Origin: Cladosporium halotolerans
Lineage: Eukaryota
Length of the DNA: 46,271 nucleotides
NCBI RefSeq assembly: GCF_011745625.1
Contig: NW_027191478.1
Span: forward strand, 310,001-356,271
Direction of reading: 5' to 3'
The position numbers were made by a program, and so were the translations under genes. How positions within the stretch are numbered: position 1 is the stretch's first letter; each line of letters begins with the position of its first letter. Below, one piece after another: positions 12,069 through 22,155 of this stretch. The notes under the pieces are model-generated. The model had not been told where the DNA came from. It ran no database searches and worked only from the letters and a program-made list of their open reading frames with translations.

Positions 12069-13316
12069 TCACTTCTTAAGATCAACCCTCATAACCCTCC
12101 TCTTAATCAACGGACTCCCCTCCCCAATCCTCGCCCACTCATGCGCATCCAAGCACGCCCTCCTCGAAGCCCCAACCGCCACGCCCGTCCTCTCCACCAC
12201 CTCCCCCTCAAACTCCCCCCTCGCCGCCTCAAAATCAAACCCCTCTCCCCACATCCCCCCAAAAACCTCCACAAACCGCCCCACGTCCACGATCGAATGG
12301 TTCGCCCCTTCCCCACGATACATCACCATTGCATGCGCCGCGTCGCCAACCAGCACCATCCTGCCCCCAAACCCGCTCGACGCCCGCGGCTCCCAGTCCG
12401 CCAGCTCGACGGCCCGCACGTCCGTCTCGCGGGGCAGGCTCTGCACGAGCGACTTGAAGGGCTCCGCCCAGGATTCCGACAGCTGCTTCATGAGCAGCAG
12501 CCGCATGGAGCGCGTGTTGGGCGCGTTGGTCGGGTCCGCGCGCCCGAGCCAGTTCTCGCGGTGCGGCCAGGAGGTGAGGATTTGGCAGGTGTAGTTGTCT
12601 TCGGACTGGGAGGCTTTGGAGGGGCACGAGAGCAGGCTGAACCAGAGGTAGGCGTCGGTTTTGGGGTCGGAGCCTTGCAGGAAGAAGGGGTCGAGGGCGA
12701 GGACGGGCTCGAGGGCCGATTTGGGGTAGGAGGCGGTGGCGCCGAGGAGGCGGACGGGGAGCTCGGTGGGTTCGTGGCAGTCTGGGTGCAGGATTCGGCG
12801 GGCGGCGGAGTGGGTGCCGTCGGCGCCGACGAGGAGGAGGCCGGTTGCGGTGGTGGAGTCGGAGAAGGTGGCTGTTATCTTTTCGTTGTCGTTGGTGAGC
12901 TGGGCGTCGACGAGCGTCTTGGACCATTCTACATTCACGCCGTGGAGGAGTAGACTGCGCAGTTTTTCGCGCGAGACGCGGATGCGATCGGCGGCGGGGA
13001 CCTGCCATCGCGCCTCGCCCGTGCTGAGATCGAAGAAGGTGAAGCTGCCTTTCTCGCCGGCCTCGACGGCATCTCGGTTTACGTAGGTTTCTGGTAGGCG
13101 CGCCACGAGCTCATCGGGGAGAAGGGCCTTGAAGTCGGGCAGCGCCCAGTGGATGGTCAGACCCCAGCCGCCGTCACGATGCGTCGCTGAGTCGTCTCGT
13201 TCGAAAATGCGGAACGGGATGTCGTGTTTGATGCATGCTTGCGCGAGGGTGAGGCCGGAGACGCCAGCGCCAACAATGAGAATTGGGTTTTGTTGAGGAG
13301 ATTCTTTTGTCGACAT
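12069..13316 (-). CDS. FAD-dependent monooxygenase (group A flavoprotein hydroxylase-like), single exon
   Basis: IVGAGVSGL (GxGxxG), LVGADG and LVGDAAHAM...GEGAN fingerprint motifs in a 415-aa ORF. Confidence 0.92.
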   Translation of the reverse strand: MSTKESPQQNPILIVGAGVSGLTLAQACIKHDIPFRIFERDDSATHRDGGWGLTIHWALPDFKALLPDELVARLPETYVNRDAVEAGEKGSFTFFDLSTGEARWQVPAADRIRVSREKLRSLLLHGVNVEWSKTLVDAQLTNDNEKITATFSDSTTATGLLLVGADGTHSAARRILHPDCHEPTELPVRLLGATASYPKSALEPVLALDPFFLQGSDPKTDAYLWFSLLSCPSKASQSEDNYTCQILTSWPHRENWLGRADPTNAPNTRSMRLLLMKQLSESWAEPFKSLVQSLPRETDVRAVELADWEPRASSGFGGRMVLVGDAAHAMVMYRGEGANHSIVDVGRFVEVFGGMWGEGFDFEAARGEFEGEVVERTGVAVGASRRACLDAHEWARIGEGSPLIKRRVMRVDLKK

Positions 13317-13780
13317 TTTTCTATCCGGTCTATGTGTTTGAAGAAGGAACGTAACACGCAGGCCTTGCTCACCTTGTAAACACGTTGTAGGTCGTTGGAT
13401 TATGGTACGGTAGCTTTATTTAGAGTTTACGAATGAGGACGAATAACAGTGCTTATAGGGCGTCACGTGCTTACATTTCCACCTGTAGCTCAGTTTGGCA
13501 GGGTCCTGGACCAAAATGTTCAGGTCTAAGGAAAGGCAAGGCACATATTTGTTTTCGCGCAGAAGTGGACATTTTTTTTTCGTTAAAATCGTAAGAATGA
13601 CCAGCGCTCTATGAACGCTTTTGAAACACTCAAATCTCGCACGAACAATTTATGGCACTTGCAAAGGCCGACGCTGCACTGGAAGCAAGATTTCTGATCT
13701 ATCCGATTAACGACATGCATTCATCAATACTTCTTCTCCGTAAGCGCCAGTGAGATCCTTCCTTTCCAATAGTTCTCCAC

Positions 13781-15520
13781 CTACTCCTCCAGCACAGCCT
13801 CATCCATGTTCCTCACAAACAGCATGAACCACCGAACAGCATTGACATGGTTCGTCACGCTGACTTTCTCATCAACGGTATGTATGTTGCCCAGACCATC
13901 ATCCAGCTGCGAGTCGTAACCCGGTCCGAAGCGGAAAATGTGCTTCGTCACGTTCCAGTAGTACCGCGTATCGGTGTTGCCCGTCATGATGCCAGGTGCG
14001 ACGACAACGTCCTCACCGTACACAGCGCGGACAGTGCCCGCTAGCACGGCGTAAGGCGAGACGATATCGACGTCAGTAGGCGTCACCGGCGCGACAGCGA
14101 GGGTGTTGGGAGACTTGGAGAGGGAGATGGACATCGGCGCTTCCGCGGTGCCGTCGAAGGCATGCAGAGTGAGGTTATATTTCTTCGCCAGCGGCTTGGC
14201 GAGCGAGGTGAGGTGCGAGAACGCCGTCTCGGGCGTCTCACCGACGTTGATGCGGTGATTGACGACCACTTCGGTGCGCTCGGGAAGGGCGTTGACTTTG
14301 ACGCCGCCCGTGATCACGTCGACTGCTTGAGAGGTCTGCATCAGGTATTTGACGGCCGGGCCTTGCTTTGCAGCTTCAAGGGCGAGGTAGTCGGGCTTCT
14401 TCTTGGATGCAGGGCACATTGATGAGCTCTTAGCGCGAGAGCCAAGGAGTTTGCTCAGCTTCTTAGGGAATTCAGGAGCGTGCTCGGCGCCGCAGTAGAG
14501 TTGACCGAGGTAGGGGTTGTCGTCGGTCAAGTGGGCTGGGTATTGCTCGGCTTCGATCGCGCGAATAAGTTCGGATGCAACGCCAATGCTGGTGTGGTCC
14601 GATGGGATGGATGAGTGGCCGCCCGGCATGCGGACGATGACTGAGACGTCAGTGTAGCCCTTCTCGCCAACTCCAGGTTTAGCGAAGAGCTGGCCCCAGG
14701 CTGTCTCGAAGGTGGCGCCCTCATCAACCGCAGCGGCGATACCGTTCGTACCGTAGCGGTCAAAGAGGAAAGGAGCCAGGTGACCGGCGCCCTGACGGCC
14801 GGAGATCTCTTCGTCGAAGCCGAAAGACAGGACGATGGTCCGCTTGGGCTTGTACCCAGCGTCAAGCAGAAGCTCTACCGTCTCCATGATGGCGATGAGC
14901 TGATTCTTGCAATCCGAGGCACCACGTCCCCACACGTATGAGCCGTCGTACACGCCGTCAAAGGGAGGATGAGTCCAAGCATCTTTAGTGGCATCTGGTA
15001 CAGGAACGACATCCTGGTGGGCCATGAGGAGAGTCGGCTTGAGGCTACTGTCGGAGCCTTCCCAGGTGTAGACCAAGCCGTGGGTGTTGACAGTCTCCGT
15101 CTTGAGATCCTTGTGAATCCTAGGAAAGGTGTTCTTCAAGTACTCGGCAAAGTCGTACATGATGTCCCAGCGCTTGTCTTCGCCAATGGCACCCATGTTG
15201 TCGAAGCTCTCGGTTGGAATTCTCACAGCTCCAGACAAACGAGCAATGGTGCCGTTTCTGAAAGACTCCGTAGAGACATGATCGTACGCCCGGCTAAGTT
15301 CGTCGCCGCTGTCTCTTGGAAACAATGCGGCTGGCTGTGCACATTTGGGAGCTTGCGAGCTCACATCGCTCGACCTGAAAGGGATCTGAGGCAACGAAGA
15401 TGGGAAGAGGAAGTATGCAGCAACGGCAAGAGGAAACAGAACACCAACAATAGCATTCCTCGGCTTAGATGCTGGACGAGCCGGGCATGGCTGCTCCTGC
15501 AACGGCAACGTTTTCTCCAT
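13781..15520 (-). CDS. CPS1: Vacuolar carboxypeptidase S (peptidase M20), single exon
   Basis: N-terminal type II TM anchor. LLMAHQDVVP, WGRGASDCK, GFDEE, DEG, GGHSS, GNTD and NIHTVDE are M20 zinc-binding motifs. ATG at 15520 (MEKTLPL). Confidence 0.92.
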   Translation of the reverse strand: MEKTLPLQEQPCPARPASKPRNAIVGVLFPLAVAAYFLFPSSLPQIPFRSSDVSSQAPKCAQPAALFPRDSGDELSRAYDHVSTESFRNGTIARLSGAVRIPTESFDNMGAIGEDKRWDIMYDFAEYLKNTFPRIHKDLKTETVNTHGLVYTWEGSDSSLKPTLLMAHQDVVPVPDATKDAWTHPPFDGVYDGSYVWGRGASDCKNQLIAIMETVELLLDAGYKPKRTIVLSFGFDEEISGRQGAGHLAPFLFDRYGTNGIAAAVDEGATFETAWGQLFAKPGVGEKGYTDVSVIVRMPGGHSSIPSDHTSIGVASELIRAIEAEQYPAHLTDDNPYLGQLYCGAEHAPEFPKKLSKLLGSRAKSSSMCPASKKKPDYLALEAAKQGPAVKYLMQTSQAVDVITGGVKVNALPERTEVVVNHRINVGETPETAFSHLTSLAKPLAKKYNLTLHAFDGTAEAPMSISLSKSPNTLAVAPVTPTDVDIVSPYAVLAGTVRAVYGEDVVVAPGIMTGNTDTRYYWNVTKHIFRFGPGYDSQLDDGLGNIHTVDEKVSVTNHVNAVRWFMLFVRNMDEAVLEE

Positions 15521-15900
15521 CTTGTAATAATTTGAGGAGAGAAAGATGAAAGTAAGGAAGAAACTCAATGGCTTACATCGTTCCTTATCACGTTACATGG
15601 TGACGCGATCGTCAGGGCCCACTGCAACCACCTTCTCTGTGGAGTTAGCTGAGGTGTGATAGGCAATGCACGCACGCCGGTATTCGGCGTTCGGCACCTG
15701 TGATCACGTGATAGCGCGTCAGCGCAGCGCGCGATTCCCGACTTGGGGCGCAGGCTTAGGGAGGACTGCGAGCGGCGAGCAAAAGCAAATGCCATATTCA
15801 CTCTAAGCAGCTCGCAAGGTGAGTATTGGCTGCTTGGGCAATATCGGAAGATCGAAATTTATACGCAAGTATCTGGCGTACACCATTTTACGCCGCCAAG

Positions 15901-17946
15901 ATGGAGTACGAAAAAGGCTACGTATTTCAACCGAAGGACACACGACCAGCAAAGAAACGCAAGACAGAAAGTCAAGGTCTCCATGCCTCCTGGCAGCTGC
16001 GGAAGAAAGCCTATGAGGAGGCCTGGCAAATACAGAATTCTCGCATAGAGGCAAGAATATATGAGCCCGCTTCCTGCGAAATACTAGAAACTGACAATGA
16101 CTAGGATGCTCTTGCAAGTATACATTCGAAGGCGTTGGAAGATGTCACAACATACTTGAATGAGATTGTTGAAACCCCATTACCGTCTCGCATACCGACT
16201 GGCATCGTTCTCAGTGGACCAGGCTCAGCATCTTCGAATTCACTCTCTAGTCGGGTTGCAAGTTCTGTCCAAAGCCACAAGCGGCGGCTCTATGTAACAC
16301 TCGATTCAGGGTCGGCTCCTCACTTGAAAGCTGTGTTGAAGGTCTTGATTCAGAAAGCGACAGCAAGCGTAGCCGAGGACGAAGACGACGACGAACTGGC
16401 CACCATAAGCCGCAAAGGACCTAGGCTGCTGAACTACGACCTTCAAATCCTGTACGAGTACGTGAGAGATCGAAACATCGAACAAGTCGTGGTCTCATTC
16501 CCCGACACCGAAGCACTTGGGAGCGCCTTACTTTCGGAGCTTCTCGAACTCCTCCACAGCTGGCTCGACCGCATTCCGTTTGTATGTCTCTTCAATGTTG
16601 CCACTTCTGTCGACTTCTTACAGCAACGACTTTCTCGTGGTGCTGTGCGCTGCTTGAATGGACGACTGTTTGACGCAGCACCATCCTCTGCCGAGGCCCA
16701 GCTTGTCTTCTCTGCCATTGCTCACCCTGACGCTCGCCTTTGGGTCGGTCCCACTTTGCTTGCTTCTGCGCTTGAGCGTCAAAGCGACTACATACAGAGC
16801 ATTGACGAATTAGTCGACATAGTGCAGTACGCTTACATGTCTTGTTACTACGCCAACGCTTTGAGCATCTTCCTGGATCCTTCCGTTAAGAGTGACAGCA
16901 TCCCCGCCGATCATTTTGAGGCACTGCGAAATTTGGACTCGTCCAAGGCTTTTGTGGAGTCCATGATTGAGAATGGGAACACTACAAGAGCGCGCGATTT
17001 GCTCGAATCTAATGACAACCTGCTAGCTGAAGTTCAGGAGCAGATGGCTCACGGGAAAGCCTCCTTGACCAAGATGACAACAGCCCTGGACGTTGTGCGA
17101 ACGATCCAAGACACGTTGCCAAACACCCCGACGTCCCTCAAATCGAATTTGTTCATTCAGGCCATGACATGCAAACTGCGCGGATCTGCAATGATGCGAA
17201 CCATGCTGCTGTCAGTCCGCAAAGCTCAATCGGATGTGGCGGCCGCTCTGATGGGGTCTGTCTGCGCTGCAGATATCGCAGACGACATCAAAGAAGATAT
17301 CACTTCCCTCAAAGGCCAATTGGCAGAGCTAGTGGCTGGTAGCACGGCGAAGAGCCAACCCTTGCGGAGTGAGGACGATATCGGAAGCTCAACAGTGCGA
17401 ACGACGGTGGTCGCGCAGAAAGTCCATCTGAGTAAACAAAAATCTCAGCTTTCGAAGCAAGACGCTGCGTATACGGAGATCCTTCGCAAGTTCAGCGACC
17501 ACCTCGAGGCCTATTTTGACAGCAGCTTCATCGACCCGCAAAGCCTCCCCTTTCACGAGATATTCATTTACGACCACAAATCTCCTCATAGGGAAGTCTT
17601 CACCCCGCGTCCGCGTCACGCTGTCGAACGCGCTTTGACCTCGCCGCACGACTACTTGGACTGCGATTGCTGTGCTCCCGAAAAGGGAGAGGATGGTGAG
17701 GCTACATTGTCATCTACGCAGCCGGCAGCCGCTGTCCTGTACCAGCTCTACTTGGAATCCGGCAATCTCATCAACGTCAGCGACCTCTGGCAGGCCTTCC
17801 AGGCGGTCATGGGCGGCGAGAAAGAAGAAGGAGATCTCATGGTGCTCTTCCAGCGAGCGCTCGCTGAGCTGCGGTACCTCGGGATGGTCAAGAGCACGAG
17901 AAAGAGGGCCGATCATGTTGCGAAGGTCGCGTGGAGAGGATTGTAG
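15901..17946 (+). CDS. ORC3: Origin recognition complex subunit 3 (exons 15901-16050, 16105-17946; GC-AG intron)
   Basis: PRLLNYDLQIL, RIPFVCLFNVATSVD, YAYMSCYYAN, FTPRPRHAVERAL..PHDYLDCDCC, LYLESGNLINVSDLW and FQRALAELRYLG are ORC3-like segments. Exon 1 joins in frame via GCAAGA...CTGAC...TAG. Confidence 0.92.
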
Positions 17947-18009
17947 ATACTCTGTTGAACCATATTGGCTCATGCTATGACCGGGTTTCTAGATGCAATC
18001 GTATCCAAG

Positions 18010-18731
18010 TTAATGGCAGGCGGCGCTCTTAGTGGCACTCGAGCCACCGAACATAAGATATCCAAGGAAAGCGCCCACGCCAACAGCCAGCATAACCCAA
18101 CCATTATAGGTCATAAACAAAAGCCTGCACTCTCATCAGTATGGCCAAATGGGATGTTCTGAGCAGGATGACTTACATAATGAAAAATGAGTAGAAAACT
18201 TGAATGCCATAGAGCGCAGCTTTGACCGTCTTTCCCTTCTTCTCCTCCGCCGCGGCGGAGTTGCCTGTCGCGAGGAGTGAGTTACGTTCGACGTCGGCTT
18301 CGACGGAACCAAAAAAGGTAAGTTTCAAGGCATTGTAAAAACACCAAACCATATCCCTTCCTCAGAACTCTCACTGTGGGGTGGCTTTGGGGGGAACTTA
18401 CGAGTTGCGTTCTTGGTCTTTTCGGCTATGCGTTCTTCGTAGCGTCGCGACAGGTCGCGGATCGCTTCGTAGCCCGCTGTCAGCGCGATGACGGCAATCA
18501 GCGACCAGATCAGCGAGAAGGTCCCGGTCACGCGCCAGCTGGGGAAGACGATGCAGAGGTTTGTCGTATCCCAAGTGAACAGCATCTACAAATATATTAA
18601 ATCAGGCTTGTTTGGTCTCAAGGAGAAAGGAGAAGTTGCCGTACGTTCATGGAGCACATGGGCTGATCGTGGCCCATATCGCCGTGATCCATGTGGCTGT
18701 GGTCCATGCCAGCATGATGCGCGTGATCCAT
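18010..18731 (-). CDS. CTR2: Ctr copper transporter, Ctr2 (vacuolar) type (exons 18731-18645, 18585-18402, 18297 or 18264-18177, 18124-18010)
   Basis: His/Met-rich N-terminus MDHAHHAGMDHSHMDHGDM, CSMN|MLFTW, MLLFM (MxxxM), TYNGW, GxxxG, and a C-terminal ACH. Only partly visible in the ORF track. Confidence 0.92.
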
Positions 18732-20001
18732 GATGCTTGCTTGCTATCGTCGAAGCTTTGAAGCTGAATAAATATAAATGTGGTTTTTGTCTTTTGTTGA
18801 TAAGGAGTTCGCACGCGGTGATCATAAGAGCTGATGATGCCACCTCAACGCGCCAAGGATTCGGGCTGCGGGATATTTCCGGCTGTCTCATGAGGTATAT
18901 AGAGATCCCTCTATACTTGAGGTGGTACCTTCATCTCAGTAAGCGAATCCGGCCTGTGGCTTCTCACGTTCCTCTCGACTTCATACGCCTTATCTTCGAC
19001 GCCGTACTACGCTGTCGCCTGAGACTCGTGGGCCTCGAGATGTCGGTGTAGCACGAGGTTTACCGAGAACAGATGATCGGCGTCTCAGACACAAGTAGCC
19101 AGGGCTACCAGTCTGGAGAGCGACTGTGCTCATAATTCCCTGTGCAGCGACTTTTCTGCACAGCAATGAGCTTCTCTTTGCCGAGAACGATGCCTTCACA
19201 TGGCTTGAATACTCCAAGATGATTGGGTAGGCAGATGTCCTTAAAGCTCCTTCTGACCTCTACAAAAACGGCTGTGAAACCCGCAGAAGAGGCTCTCTTA
19301 TATGATAGTGTGGGATCGGTCCTAGTAGGGACCATTCATGGAGCCATATGCCAAGCATCTCGAGAGCAGAATGTCCACCAGGCTTTCCTCCACCAGTGGA
19401 AGTTCGAACTTCGAAGTGGACACCAGCTCGGAGACAATCGGCTAACTCGATGCACAAAATAACAGTGTACGATCATTCCTTGATACTCCTCAGTCAGCCC
19501 TCGCCTGCCTTGTTGGACATCTAGGATTGCGGACCATGCCCCGCAACAAGCCAAGGACTGGTTGCTGCACTCCACATTTATTTATCCGTCCAGTTATCCT
19601 TCATGTGCACTTCAAACCTCATAGCAAACCATGGACTTGCTGCTATACATCTTCAAAGCCAAGAATGGATACCTCTCCCCACTGTTGACGGTGTCCTCTT
19701 AGCTTCGGCGCCTCGCTTTGATCTTCGCCGACCTTCCGATATAGTTCACTTACCCGACTGCTTTTCCGGCCATGCTTGCATTGACTGTCCACATATCCAG
19801 AGCCAAAAGGACAAGCATAGCGAAGATCGAGTGGAGAAAGACTTGGCCAATTGATTATATATTGTGACGCTTCACCGGGATGGATCGCGGTCGTTTATCG
19901 AAGTGCCGGAATCGCAATCAACTACTCTGGTAAGGAACCCATCAATCAGCAGAAGAAAATTATTTGATCTTCTTGCGATCTTGTTGCTCGCTTCGAACAA
20001 C

Positions 20002-21451
20002 ATGAGGCCCTCGCTAGCCGCCCTTGCGGCCCTCGGCACTACGGTGGCGGGCGCTGTTAATGTAACCCTTCCCAATGGATGGTTCATCATCCCTCCCGCA
20101 ACAGACATCTCACCCGGCGATTTCCACGGCCAACCTCGCTACCTCACATGGATGGCCGACAGCCAGATCAAATCCGGCATCGAGCCCACGCACGCCTACA
20201 CCGTGTCAGCTCTCCTCTCCGGCGTGAAACTGGCCTACGACCGCACCCACGACCCCAAGTACGCCGCATACCTCGCCAGACATGTCGACATCCAGCTCTA
20301 CCCCGGCTACAACGGCGACATCCTTCTGTACAACAACAGCAACTCGATCGACGACATCCGCTTCGGACACAGCTTCCTCGACATGTACAACTTGACCGGC
20401 GGCGAGAACATCTACAAAACCGCCGCGCAGACGCTGAGGAACCAAATCGACCGCACCGGCCGCACGCCCGACGGTGGCTTCTACCACCGCTACCCCGGCT
20501 ACATCGACCAGGTACGTATCATCCAACACACCGTTCTCCAACGATCTGACTCAGAGCACAGATGTGGCTCGACGGCATCTACATGCTGGACGTCTTCTAC
20601 GCGCGCTGGACGCACGAGTTCGAGCCCGGCAACACGACGGCCTGGGACGACATCGCGCTGCAGTTCGACCTGATCGACGCCGGCACGACCGTCGACCGCG
20701 ACCGCACGAACGGCCTGCCTGTCCACGGCTTCGACGTCTCCAAGACGCAAGTCTGGGCCGACCCGGTCACGGGCGCGGCGCCACACGTCTGGGGGCGGGC
20801 GGTTGGGTGGTGAGTTCAATTCTGGAGATGTTCCTTCCCGAATGACGGTTCGATTTCTGAACAGAAAACGCTGACATTCAACGGTAAGGTACATCATGGC
20901 CCTCGTCGACACCCTCGACTACTTCCCCCCTTCCCACGCCGGCCGCGCGCGCCTCCTAACCTACCTGCGCTCCCTCTGCACCGCCGTGCTCGCGGCCCAA
21001 GACCCCGTCTACAAAGGCTGGTACAACATCATGGACCCCGGGCTCGAAAGCCGCTCGGGGAACTACATCGAGAGCTCCGGGACGGCGATGTTCGCGTACG
21101 CGTTCTTCAAGTCGCTGAGGCTCGGGTACATCGAGGGGGAGGAGTACGAGGCTGCGGCGGAGAGCGCGTGGGAGCTGATGACGGGGAAGTTTGTGAGGAT
21201 GGGCGCGAGCGATAATGCGCTGAGGTGGGAGTGGACGGTGCAGACGGGGAGTCTGAGCTCGAATGGCACGTTTGAGGTGAGTTGCTTCTTTTGGGCTGAT
21301 GTGCCGCTGATGGGATGGGATTGGGATGCTGACGCTGTGGTTGTGCTAGTACTACGCGAGCATTCCGCTGTTCGAGAATGATCTGAAAGGCGTGTCGCCG
21401 TTTCTGTTCTCCTCGTACGAGTACGAACTTTATGTGGAGGGGAAGGAGTGA
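20002..21451 (+). CDS. Secreted glycoside hydrolase family 105 (unsaturated rhamnogalacturonyl hydrolase, YteR-like; exons 20002-20511, 20562-20809, 20889-21276, 21350-21451)
   Basis: Signal peptide. SIDDIR, GGFYHR..Y..Q|MWLDGIYM, GLPVHGFD, VWGRAVGW|Y.MALVD, NYIESSGTAMF and ENDLKG motifs. Confidence 0.92.
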
Positions 21452-22155
21452 GGCGAAGAGACGGGTAGTGCGTGCTGACGATATCGACGGATCCGAGGTT
21501 GGAGGAGGATCATTAGACGGGTCGCGCTACTCGACCCATAGACGAAGAGCTAGATACAGCACCCCCTTGTTCGACGAACGTATCGAATCCCGGCCAGGAC
21601 TCATTGTCCCCGGAGACAAATCTTCGCTTACCCTGTAATTCTGTGATCACATACTCAGAAAAGAGTATCCACATCACCTGAAACCATGAAGCACAACGAA
21701 ATCCTCTCGCTCATCATCCAAAACATATATAAATATATTTGACCCACCACACTACCTCAGAACCAACTACAATAGTATACAGAGCCCCCCTTTCCTCACA
21801 TCGAACGCAACAAAAGAGCACCGCCTCAAAAACTTCCAGAAGAAAGTGTGGGTATGTTGATCAAAATCGGAAATCGGGGAACGTCGAAAAAGCCCTCCTC
21901 CTCCTCCTTTTCTTCCTCGCCAATCAATCAGATCTCCTTCTAGAATCGCAAGATGAAGAAAAGAAAAAGAAAAGCAAGAAGCCAGCGCCCTCCCTTACAT
22001 GATCGTGCCTGTACATCGCCAAGAAAAAGAGGTCCAAAAACAAAGGTCAGAAAGGCCCCAGATAAATCGCACAAAAGGAAAGCTCAGTCGCTCCCGAGCA
22101 AAAGAGTAGTAAGTCGTCGTGTCCGCAAAAAAAGCAAAGAGAGCCCCAAATCACC

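Noticed and set aside
12069..13316. FAD monooxygenase as part of a secondary-metabolite cluster
   Set aside because: Flanked by housekeeping genes (IMP1, CPS1, ORC3), with no backbone enzyme nearby.
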